This document shows positions 30,500 to 38,136 of a DNA stretch of 64,000 bases, in pieces. How positions within the stretch are numbered: position 1 is the stretch's first letter; each line of letters begins with the position of its first letter. The stretch comes from a virus, in IMG/VR virus record IMGVR_UViG_3300032309_000931, positions 29,876 to 93,875 of that record. One strand, 5' to 3'. The notes beneath the pieces are model-generated. The model saw only the letters and a list, made by a program, of their open reading frames with translations, did not search any database and was not told the DNA's origin. Position numbers and translations under genes: made by a program.

Positions 30500-30541
30500 G
30501 GGGAGAGAGTGAGCCTCGCAAGAGCAAATAAATCTCTCCCC
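30500..30541 (+). ncRNA. RUGAGC/CAAAUAAR structured element
   Basis: GGGGAGAGA[GTGAGC CTC GCAA GAG CAAATAAA]TCTCTCCCC, GNRA tetraloop. Confidence 0.5.
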
Positions 30542-30704
30542 AAACAGGATACATTCCAAAATGGGAATGTGTGTCAATCTCAAAAAAATGCGCCCCCCCC
30601 CACCCCTAGCCTTAATTACGAATTAAGAAAACAAATCCCAGATTCCCGAATTAGATGTCGGTGGTCAATGTTATACTGTATACATAACGAAAGGACATAA
30701 GCAA

Positions 30705-30971
30705 ATGGCTTACTCAAACACTCACGCAGATTTCTACCAGACGGCTATGGGGACTATGGTCACAGAGCCTCAGTCGGCTTGGGATACCTCTACTCACTGT
30801 GCAGACTGTGGCGTTCAGTACGCTTACTGTGGCTGCCCCAACGAGGACATTGACGAGCCTGTTGATGGCTTTGCTGTCTGTGCTGTCTGCGACTATACCG
30901 TTCGTGGACTATTCTATCTCAATGGGGATTCAACTGGTCGCTGTGCTGGATGCCATAACTCTATTCGATAG
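30705..30971 (+). CDS. 88-aa double zinc-finger-like protein
   Basis: CADC..CGC..CAVC..CAGC; promoter + RBS. Confidence 0.7.
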   Translation: MAYSNTHADFYQTAMGTMVTEPQSAWDTSTHCADCGVQYAYCGCPNEDIDEPVDGFAVCAVCDYTVRGLFYLNGDSTGRCAGCHNSIR

Positions 30972-31110
30972 GAGTTATCCACAGGCTGGGGCGCAGCTTT
31001 TGATCCTAGACATAATTACGTAAGCATTAAAAATACCCTGGAAATTTCCCTAGTTTTATGTCGGTGCTCAGATGTATAATTATATTATCAACCAAACAAA
31101 GGACAAAGTA

Positions 31111-31662
31111 ATGACTACTCTCACCGCTAACGAAATTCACACCGCAACTGCTACAGATTTGTACCGTGACCTGATTGTTCGTGCTACTCTTGGACAGGTC
31201 GAACAGGCTAGTGTCTGGTATCACGAAGCACAAGAAGTTGCCCAAGAGGTTGCTCGTAATCTGGACACAACGCTAGAGGTTGGTGCTAGTGTCGTATCTG
31301 CGTTTTCTCCTCGTGAGCGTTGGGCAAGCAACATCGAAAAGGCTGTGGCGTTCTCACTTGGACACACGCCTAAAGGATTGGGCAACAACCTCAAAATGGC
31401 ACAGTCCTCGCTGACTGCTGGATTCTATGCCCTCAAGGGTCTCAAGACTAATGCGTTTGCTCGTGCCATTGCTGGAGATACTGACGCTGTTGTGATTGAC
31501 ATTTGGATGATGAGAGCGGCAGGTATGGAAACTGATAGCCCAACTCAAGGACAGTATTTCGCACTCTCACTTGCTTGCCGTAATGTCGCTAAAGAATTTG
31601 GGCTTACTCCTCGCACCGCACAGGCTCTGATTTGGATTCTCGTGAGAGGCTCAGCAATCTAA
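31111..31662 (+). CDS. conserved phage protein, possibly HhH DNA-glycosylase-like
   Basis: WY..A..SP...W..N, G.KT.AF..I, V.ID.W, AQA..W pattern; start after AAAGGACA. Confidence 0.45.
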   Translation: MTTLTANEIHTATATDLYRDLIVRATLGQVEQASVWYHEAQEVAQEVARNLDTTLEVGASVVSAFSPRERWASNIEKAVAFSLGHTPKGLGNNLKMAQSSLTAGFYALKGLKTNAFARAIAGDTDAVVIDIWMMRAAGMETDSPTQGQYFALSLACRNVAKEFGLTPRTAQALIWILVRGSAI

Positions 31663-31778
31663 GGGCTACCCCGAAAGGGGTTGCGCCCCACGCAGCTTTC
31701 TTGCGTAATTACGAACAATTTTTGTTTTTCCCTAAATTTGGGTAGTTATGTGTCGGTGCTCTGATGTATACTAATACT

Positions 31779-31943
31779 ATGAAGAAAAAGAACCCAACTC
31801 ACAAAGGTATTGAGAACAAGCCCTACATTGAGGCTATGCGTGAATTGCGTAGGTCTAACGCAGCCACTACCCACGACAACCGCCCTAACCGTTTGCGTAC
31901 TCGCAAAGCAATCAAAACCCAAGCAATCAAGGAGAACGAATAA
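31779..31943 (+). CDS. 54-aa basic protein (leaderless)
   Basis: ATG 6 nt after TATACT; MRELRRSNAATTH..RP.R.RTR. Confidence 0.7.
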   Translation: MKKKNPTHKGIENKPYIEAMRELRRSNAATTHDNRPNRLRTRKAIKTQAIKENE

Positions 31944-32110
31944 TGGAATGTGAATTCTGCACTAATGAAAAACTGGCTACCGTTTCGGTTATGCACCTGC
32001 GTGACCGTATCGAACAAGCCGCCTGTGGCAAGTGTGCCAACGACCTATCTGATGAAAAGTGGGTAGTCACTCACGAATTCGACACATCTATCTGGGATTT
32101 TGCAGGGTAG
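31943..32110 (+). CDS. 55-aa CxxC..CxxC micro-protein
   Basis: MECEFC...ACGKC; TAATG coupling. Confidence 0.7.
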   Translation: MECEFCTNEKLATVSVMHLRDRIEQAACGKCANDLSDEKWVVTHEFDTSIWDFAG

Positions 32111-32165
32111 TTATGTGTCGGTGGTCTAGGTTATAATAGTAATACGAACAAAGAAAAGGACAGAA

Positions 32166-32339
32166 ATGAAAAAGTACAACTTCACTGGTTTCGCATTCGG
32201 TAGTAACGGAGAAATGGTTTTCCGTATTGAGGTTCTGAACCACACCGAAAACGGAACAAATGTTTCCACCCAAATCGATTTGGAACTCACACCAGAGGAA
32301 CGAACCGAACTCATCACCCAACTTATCTCAATCAAGTAG
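32166..32339 (+). CDS. 57-aa hypothetical protein
   Basis: promoter + AAAGGACA RBS. Confidence 0.7.
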   Translation: MKKYNFTGFAFGSNGEMVFRIEVLNHTENGTNVSTQIDLELTPEERTELITQLISIK

Positions 32340-32390
32340 TTTGGTGTCGGTGCTTCACGCTATAATAGAACTACGAACAAAGGACAATAA

Positions 32391-32570
32391 ATGAAAGACA
32401 CAATCAACCGTTCAGGTGAGGTAATCGAAAATCTCACAATCGCACAGGGTGACCGCCGTTATGCTTACGCATTTGCGTTTGGATTTGCGTGGTCTTTGCT
32501 CTCGGAAAAGAACCGTAAAGAGTTGCTGAAAATCTCAGAACGAAAAGCACAAGAAAAGGACAACGACTAA
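32391..32570 (+). CDS. 59-aa hypothetical protein
   Basis: promoter + AAAGGACA RBS. Confidence 0.7.
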   Translation: MKDTINRSGEVIENLTIAQGDRRYAYAFAFGFAWSLLSEKNRKELLKISERKAQEKDND

Positions 32571-32767
32571 TGACAAAGTATCCAGAAATCGAAGTACAAC
32601 TTACAGGACAAGACGGCAACGCATTCGCAATTATGGGTGCGGTATCTCGTGAACTCCGCAAGGCTGGGGTATCCAAAGAGGAAATCAACGAATACACTAC
32701 GCAATCTATGTCTGGCGACTATGACAACCTTTTGCGTACTGCTATGGCTTGGGTGAGTGTATCCTAA
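32570..32767 (+). CDS. 65-aa conserved phage protein
   Basis: LTGQDGNAFAIMG.V...LRKAG....MSGDYDNLL; coupled. Confidence 0.75.
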   Translation: MTKYPEIEVQLTGQDGNAFAIMGAVSRELRKAGVSKEEINEYTTQSMSGDYDNLLRTAMAWVSVS

Positions 32768-32946
32768 TGATGACACGCAAAGACTATGTAGCCGTTTCAG
32801 AATTGCTGAACACCTACGCTCTCAAAATAGATGAGCAAACATTCGACCTACTCATTCACGACTTTGCTGGACTGATGGCAAAGGACAATGAGCGTTTCAT
32901 CGCTGACCGTTTCATCTCCGCTTGCTGGAATGGCGAGAATGCTTGA
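32767..32946 (+). CDS. 59-aa conserved phage protein
   Basis: MTRKDY..., DN.RF..DRF..AC; TAATG coupling. Confidence 0.7.
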   Translation: MMTRKDYVAVSELLNTYALKIDEQTFDLLIHDFAGLMAKDNERFIADRFISACWNGENA

Positions 32947-33123
32947 GATTATTGTTATCACGCTGGGGGTATTGGCAGTACTCCTGGCGTGGTTCAATGA
33001 CTAAAATTTTGCGCCCCCCTGCCCTCACAAACCTATTACTAACCTTACGATCTTTTTCCCGAAATTCACAGAGTTTGATGTCGGTGGTACTTGGTATAAT
33101 AGAAACATAACGAAAGGACACTA

Positions 33124-33429
33124 ATGAACGACGGAACATACCTCAACCTTGACGGAAAGTTTATTCTCTCTCACGCCAAGTCTGGCTATTGGGTAGCCGT
33201 TCACAAGTACGACAGCCTTGACGACACTATTTCAGGGGATTACGTAGGCGTGTGGACAAATCCCGAAACTGGCGTTATGTACCTTGACCGTAGCGTTTGG
33301 GTGTCTGACTTGGACAACGCTATCGCTCTGGGTAAGTCACAAGGACAATTGGCTATCTGGGACTGTGCCAATGAAACAGAAATCTGGCTCAACGAATACT
33401 TTGCCGATGTATTCAAAGACGAAGTTTGA
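33124..33429 (+). CDS. 101-aa hypothetical protein
   Basis: promoter + RBS; YVGVW..YLD..Q.AIWD. Confidence 0.75.
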   Translation: MNDGTYLNLDGKFILSHAKSGYWVAVHKYDSLDDTISGDYVGVWTNPETGVMYLDRSVWVSDLDNAIALGKSQGQLAIWDCANETEIWLNEYFADVFKDEV

Positions 33430-33457
33430 TGTCGGTACTCCCCTGTATAATTAGACT

Positions 33458-33568
33458 ATGAACGAACAATTTATCGAATGCCCCCAATGTGGCGACACAG
33501 TAATCGAATCCGATATGCGTGAGGTAGGCGTATGTTGGGAATGTGACTATCTACCAGAGGAGAAATAA
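33458..33568 (+). CDS. 36-aa CxxC..CxxC micro-protein (leaderless)
   Basis: ATG 6 nt after TATAAT; CPQC..CWEC. Confidence 0.7.
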   Translation: MNEQFIECPQCGDTVIESDMREVGVCWECDYLPEEK

Positions 33569-33847
33569 ATGGGAAGAATGTTTGTAGAGAGTATCAAGGA
33601 ACTTGGCGATATCGAATTAGAGGATATGGTGAGTATGCACTTCAGTAGCAATTGCTACCCCCCAATTCCACAGTTTATGGTGCAGTCAGCGGTAGCCGCT
33701 ATCAACGCTTGCAACTATGGTGACTACAATGAGGTAATCCAATTGCCACACGGAGTCACTTACAGGGGTAGTGAGTTTGTTGATGCAGCCACCTATGTCG
33801 AAGCACACCGCCTTGAGGGATTCGTAGAATGGGAGTATGAGGACTAA
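33569..33847 (+). CDS. 92-aa hypothetical protein
   Basis: GAGGAG RBS; H..SNCYPPIP. Confidence 0.7.
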   Translation: MGRMFVESIKELGDIELEDMVSMHFSSNCYPPIPQFMVQSAVAAINACNYGDYNEVIQLPHGVTYRGSEFVDAATYVEAHRLEGFVEWEYED

Positions 33848-33936
33848 TGGACTGGGAAAACGTAATTGACTGGAAAGTTGTTGACAGGTTGACAGACGAA
33901 CAGGTATCCGCTATACTGGATATGTTCGACAAGTAA
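33847..33936 (+). CDS. 29-aa hypothetical peptide containing an internal TTGACA-N17-TATACT promoter
   Basis: TAATG coupling; TTGACA 33889, TATACT 33912. Confidence 0.5.
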   Translation: MDWENVIDWKVVDRLTDEQVSAILDMFDK

Positions 33937-33943
33937 GGATAAA

Positions 33944-34117
33944 ATGACTGACTATATACTCAAATATCAGGTATGGAATGGACACGAGGACGGTAAGTTG
34001 GCAACGTTCCGTCACTTGGAACAGGCACAACTGTTTGTCGATAGCGTGAGAGCATTCTATCCCAAGGTATTTGTTTATGATGTTTTGACTGGACAACGAT
34101 TGGTGAGTGCAGACTAG
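33944..34117 (+). CDS. 57-aa hypothetical protein
   Basis: AAGGA RBS. Confidence 0.6.
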   Translation: MTDYILKYQVWNGHEDGKLATFRHLEQAQLFVDSVRAFYPKVFVYDVLTGQRLVSAD

Positions 34118-34238
34118 GAGCTGCGCCCCCCTCGTTACCAAACATCTATTAAGAATTACGAATAATTATCCAGATTCCCAGAGTTATATGTCGGTGGTCA
34201 GGGGTATACTTATAAGACAGACAAGAAAAGGACACACA

Positions 34239-34640
34239 ATGGGACAATACCACAGCATTTACAACCTTGACAAGCAAGAGGTTATTCACCCACACGACAT
34301 TGGTCTTGGGGCAAAGCAGCGTGAACACACAGGTCACACTGCCTCACTGTCAGATATGATGTATATCCTGACAACCTGCTCACCTATGCGTGGCGGAGGG
34401 GATTTCGTAGCAGAGGTTATGAAGGACTTCATTGGGCGTTGGGCAGGTGACCGTTGCGTAGTTATTGGTGACTATGCTGAACCTAGTGACTTGCCAGATG
34501 TGGATTTCTCTACCCTCAAAGATTTCACAGATATTTCTGGAGAAGCACGAGCCTTTATCTTTGAGGTATATGGTATCCATTTCCGAACGGTTGACTATGG
34601 TTTGGAAAGAGTTTACCCTGAGAATTCAGACAGAGTTTGA
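34239..34640 (+). CDS. 133-aa conserved phage protein
   Basis: start MGQYH after AAAGGACA; GRWAGDR.V.IGDY. Confidence 0.75.
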   Translation: MGQYHSIYNLDKQEVIHPHDIGLGAKQREHTGHTASLSDMMYILTTCSPMRGGGDFVAEVMKDFIGRWAGDRCVVIGDYAEPSDLPDVDFSTLKDFTDISGEARAFIFEVYGIHFRTVDYGLERVYPENSDRV

Positions 34641-34689
34641 TGTCCGTGGTAGACGGTATAATTGTAGTAACAACAACGAGAGGACAACT

Positions 34690-34950
34690 ATGTTAGACAA
34701 AGCATTTGCTCTAAAGAAAGTAACCGAAGACATAACTACAGACCCAATGGTTATGTACGCTGGCTTTCTTGTAATGCAAGCAGAAACCGAAGACGAGCGT
34801 AACTCTGCTCTGAACAACTTTGGACAAACAATCACAGGACTTATGGCATTTGCTATGTCGGAACTCCTGCTGTCGGAAGAGGACTTCACCGCCCTCACCG
34901 AAACAATTGGGGAACTTATCGAAATTGGTGAAATTGGAGAAGAGGACTAA
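34690..34950 (+). CDS. 86-aa acidic hypothetical protein
   Basis: promoter + GAGGACA RBS. Confidence 0.7.
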   Translation: MLDKAFALKKVTEDITTDPMVMYAGFLVMQAETEDERNSALNNFGQTITGLMAFAMSELLLSEEDFTALTETIGELIEIGEIGEED

Positions 34951-35093
34951 TGTCTGAAATTATAATTAGGCTTGACACCGCTCACGCAGAGACCCTCATT
35001 GGGTTTCTTGGAGAGTTCTTGGATGGAGAGTTCGCTGAGGAAGAGTGCTTCATCAACTTGTACAACAAACTAGTAAGGGAGATGAACTACTAA
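34950..35093 (+). CDS. 47-aa hypothetical protein
   Basis: TAATG coupled both sides. Confidence 0.6.
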   Translation: MSEIIIRLDTAHAETLIGFLGEFLDGEFAEEECFINLYNKLVREMNY

Positions 35094-35491
35094 TGGAAAA
35101 CCAGCACCCAGTACTTTCACAACTCAATCAAGAAGTCTCAGACCTGAAGCAGCAGGTGGAGTTCCTTCGAAGTGAACGTGACCGTCTTTTGGCTAACTAC
35201 TCACAGGACGTAGAGAACACTCGTGCAATTCTTATCGAAGCAATTGTCGACGGAACAGACGTTAGGACGTTGGCAAACTCTATCGCTGATGTGTTTGCTA
35301 TCTCGCTCCTCAAGTCAGTCACAGTATCAATGGTGATGAATGTTGAAGCGACAATGGTGGTTCCTGCTGACTACGACATTAGCAACCTTGAAATTGGGGA
35401 TGTTCAGGTTCATTGCTACAACTCAGATGTTGAAGACTTTAGCGTTGAATCATTTGACATCATTGACATCGAAGAGGCTAAGTATACATAA
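35093..35491 (+). CDS. 132-aa coiled-coil hypothetical protein
   Basis: start MENQHP, AAGGGAG RBS. Confidence 0.7.
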   Translation: MENQHPVLSQLNQEVSDLKQQVEFLRSERDRLLANYSQDVENTRAILIEAIVDGTDVRTLANSIADVFAISLLKSVTVSMVMNVEATMVVPADYDISNLEIGDVQVHCYNSDVEDFSVESFDIIDIEEAKYT

Positions 35492-35502
35492 TAGCTAGGT
35501 TC

Positions 35503-35576
35503 CCACTGTGGTATTCTTGTCCTTTCCTGCAGTGGTGATAGGTCCTGGATATGACCTTTATAAACTGTCCTTTCTT
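35503..35576 (+). ncRNA. anti-SD hairpin plus H-type pseudoknot
   Basis: CCACTGTGG-TATTCTTGTCCTTT-CCTGCAGTGG then GGTC CTGGATAT GACC..TAAAC TGTCC TTTCTT. Confidence 0.5.
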
Positions 35577-35757
35577 AGTACCCTGCCGAGATCGGTGGAC
35601 CTGCGCCCCCCTGCCCCAGCAAACAAGTTACGAACTGTTACAAAAATCCCCTGATTTGATTTGTTTTATGTCGGTGGTCATTGGTATACTTGTATTACAG
35701 GCAGGGAGATGAAGTCGGAAGTCCCCACAAAAAAAATAAAAAAGTTTGAGAATAGAC

Positions 35758-35786
35758 TTGACAAACTCTCTCCCAGCCTGTATAAT
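35758..35786 (+). promoter_or_regulatory. consensus sigmaA promoter
   Basis: TTGACA-N17-TATAAT. Confidence 0.8.
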
Positions 35787-35842
35787 AGTAATAACGAAGC
35801 AAACAAAACAGTTGGCTCACTACAAGGAAGCAGGTAACACAA

Positions 35843-35989
35843 ATGGGAGAAATCCAAATCGGTTCACAGTTCACCACGCAGAAGTCAGGCGTTGTCGGAA
35901 CGGTTCAGGAAATCGTCAAGAACGCAAACGGCACAAGCCGTGTTCGCCTCACCGTCAATGGTGCAGACCGCTGGACTACCGTAAAGTAG
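35843..35989 (+). CDS. 48-aa beta-rich (SH3-like) micro-protein
   Basis: MGEIQIGSQFTTQKSGVVGTVQEIV...RWTTVK behind consensus promoter. Confidence 0.7.
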   Translation: MGEIQIGSQFTTQKSGVVGTVQEIVKNANGTSRVRLTVNGADRWTTVK

Positions 35990-36120
35990 TCTAGTTTGGG
36001 GAGGTAGGAGGAACGGCTCTGAATACCTAGTAGACTACCTCCCCCACTTACAACTCAATAGTTTCGTGTCAGACCCCAATGATACAATGGATACATAAGC
36101 CAATAGAAAGGACTAAACCA

Positions 36121-36576
36121 ATGGCTCGTTCACTCTCCGTGAAAATCCCAACCGCAACTCTTATCGCTGATGTTGAGGCAACTATTGCCAAGATTGAGGC
36201 AGAGATGGCTACATACCCTGCCGATATGGAAGCATACCGCAAGGCAAGCAAGGCACACCAAGACTTGGTTCTCAAAGCAGTTATTGAGGCAATCAAGAAC
36301 CCTGACAACATTGGTGACACCTATGACCAGAACGCTCTTGTTCGTGTCAGTAGCAACCGCTATGGTCGTAACGGCGTTAGCATTGAGGTAAACACCGATT
36401 TGCTCAACCTGCCTAGCGAACCTGAATGTCCAACTAACCCTAACGAGAAAACTCACTATGGGCGTGAATACACCACCAAGTTGGACTTGCTCAAGAAAAA
36501 CCTCAAGGTTCTCAAAATGACTAACCAAGAGGAAGTCAATGCCTCCACTTACAATACTGTAATGGAACTTCTCTAA
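36121..36576 (+). CDS. 151-aa hypothetical protein
   Basis: start MARSLSVK after AGAAAGGA RBS and motif promoter. Confidence 0.75.
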   Translation: MARSLSVKIPTATLIADVEATIAKIEAEMATYPADMEAYRKASKAHQDLVLKAVIEAIKNPDNIGDTYDQNALVRVSSNRYGRNGVSIEVNTDLLNLPSEPECPTNPNEKTHYGREYTTKLDLLKKNLKVLKMTNQEEVNASTYNTVMELL

Positions 36577-36584
36577 CGAGAAAT

Positions 36585-36680
36585 GTGCTGGGTATCACTA
36601 GAAACTGCCTCCTGAATTGGGGTAGCGACTAGACAGGTAAAATAATTTCGCTCTAACCTGAGTATGTGGTTAAACTGCTC
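36585..36680 (+). ncRNA. two CU..WAAAC-UG H-type pseudoknots flanking a third pseudoknot-like element
   Basis: 36585-36610 and 36656-36680 with compensatory pairing. Confidence 0.5.
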
Positions 36681-36706
36681 ACCCTATAACTACACAGAGA
36701 AACATT

Positions 36707-36778
36707 GGCTTCATAGTGAAAAGGTTATCACACTACCCTGTCGAGGTAGAAGTTAGGGTTCGAGTCCCTATGAGGTCG
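36707..36778 (+). tRNA. tRNA-Asp(GTC)
   Basis: GGCTTCA/TGAGGTC acceptor, CTACC-CTGTCGA-GGTAG anticodon arm, TTCGAGT T-loop; no encoded CCA. Confidence 0.85.
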
Positions 36779-36886
36779 CTTCCCTTGAAATAGAGGGTGA
36801 GTTGCTAGTTGCAGATGATACTAGATAGGTTAGAGATACTAGGGTGAGATGATGTCCTCTATTCCGAAGTAAACTTTCACACACTA

Positions 36887-36938
36887 ATCCCCTGCGAAGC
36901 GTCTGGATAGATTGCTGGTAGCAGGGGATTTTTGTTTT
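36887..36938 (+). terminator. terminator
   Basis: ATCCCCTGC...GCAGGGGAT followed by TTTTGTTTT. Confidence 0.65.
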
Positions 36939-37080
36939 GGGGAATCGAGCTGCGCCCCGACTTTGTTAGAACATACTTATTACGGATTGGTTACGAAAGC
37001 CCCAAAAATGTTCCCGAAACTTGTTTTATGTCGGTGGTCAGGAGTATAATAGAACTAACAACGAAAAAGAAAGGTATGAA

Positions 37081-38103
37081 ATGGCTCACGAATTAGAAAT
37101 CGGTGCTAACGGCGAGGTTGCTTTTGCTTCCTTGCGTGAACCTGCTTGGCACAAGTTGGGTACTGTCTTTGAAGACGAGGTATCAACTTCAGAAATGCTC
37201 AAGTTGGCTCACTTGGACAACTGGAATGTTCGCCTTGAGGAATTGACTTTCCCTGAAGGCTATGTCTCAGACAAGACAAACTACTTTGTTTGTCGCACTA
37301 ACCCATTCGACAAGACACAGAATGATGTGCTTGGCGTTGTGGGTGAACGCTATCACACTATGCAGAACGAGGACTTGTTCACCTTTGGTGACAACCTGCT
37401 TGACGGTGGTGGCAAGTGGGAAACCGCTGGCTCAATCAAGGGTGGGCGTGTAGTCTTTGGCTCTCTCGCTCTTGACAACGAAATGGTGCTTGACCCCAAT
37501 GGTCGTGCTGACAAGGTAGACAGTTACCTCCTTATCAACACCAGTCACGATGGCTCTATCTCCATTATGGCTTCGATTACCCCTGTGCGAGTTGTGTGTG
37601 CAAACACTCTCAACCTTGCTCTTGGTGGTGGCGTAGGCAAGTGGCGTAATGTCAAGCAGTCGTTCAAAATTCGTCACACTCAGACGGCAGAGGGCAAGGT
37701 TCAAGTTGCTCGTGAAGCACTTGGTTTGGCTCAGACTTACCTTGACGAGTTCTCCGTTATGGCTAACGCTATGATTGAGACTGAGGTTACTAAGTCAGAG
37801 TTTGACCAGATTGTTGCTCTTGCTTACCCTGCCCCTGAGAAAGACGCTAAGGGTTCGTTCAAGAAGCACAACGACAAGATTGAACTCATCAACGACATCT
37901 ATGTTGGTGACTACAACAACACGATTGCTGGTACTGCTTGGGGTACGCTCAACGCTCTCACAGAACGCCTTGACTGGTATCGCTCTGCTCGTGGTGGCAA
38001 CAACGAAAGTATCCTTGCTGGTGCTAGTGGACTTGACCCTGCTCTCAATGCAGAAAAGAACCGCTTGGCTCGTATTGTCGCAAGCGTAATGCTGGGAGTG
38101 TAA
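37081..38103 (+). CDS. DUF932 / TIGR03299 phage-plasmid family protein
   Basis: MAHELE..PAWHKLG, LGVVGERY..QN, ETAGS..GG..VF, SHDGS, TPVRVVCANTL, RHT, GTAWG..NALTE. Confidence 0.85.
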   Translation: MAHELEIGANGEVAFASLREPAWHKLGTVFEDEVSTSEMLKLAHLDNWNVRLEELTFPEGYVSDKTNYFVCRTNPFDKTQNDVLGVVGERYHTMQNEDLFTFGDNLLDGGGKWETAGSIKGGRVVFGSLALDNEMVLDPNGRADKVDSYLLINTSHDGSISIMASITPVRVVCANTLNLALGGGVGKWRNVKQSFKIRHTQTAEGKVQVAREALGLAQTYLDEFSVMANAMIETEVTKSEFDQIVALAYPAPEKDAKGSFKKHNDKIELINDIYVGDYNNTIAGTAWGTLNALTERLDWYRSARGGNNESILAGASGLDPALNAEKNRLARIVASVMLGV

Positions 38104-38109
38104 TCCCTA

Positions 38110-38136
38110 ACTGCTAGGCAACAGTCTAAACTGCCT
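38110..38136 (+). ncRNA. H-type pseudoknot (4th copy)
   Basis: ACTG CTAGGCAA CAGT CTAAAC TGCCT. Confidence 0.5.

Noticed and set aside
28423-30541. Hammerhead, twister or pistol ribozyme identity for the RUGAGC element
   Set aside because: Lacks the CUGANGA/GAAA core and the pseudoknot patterns of those classes; left unassigned
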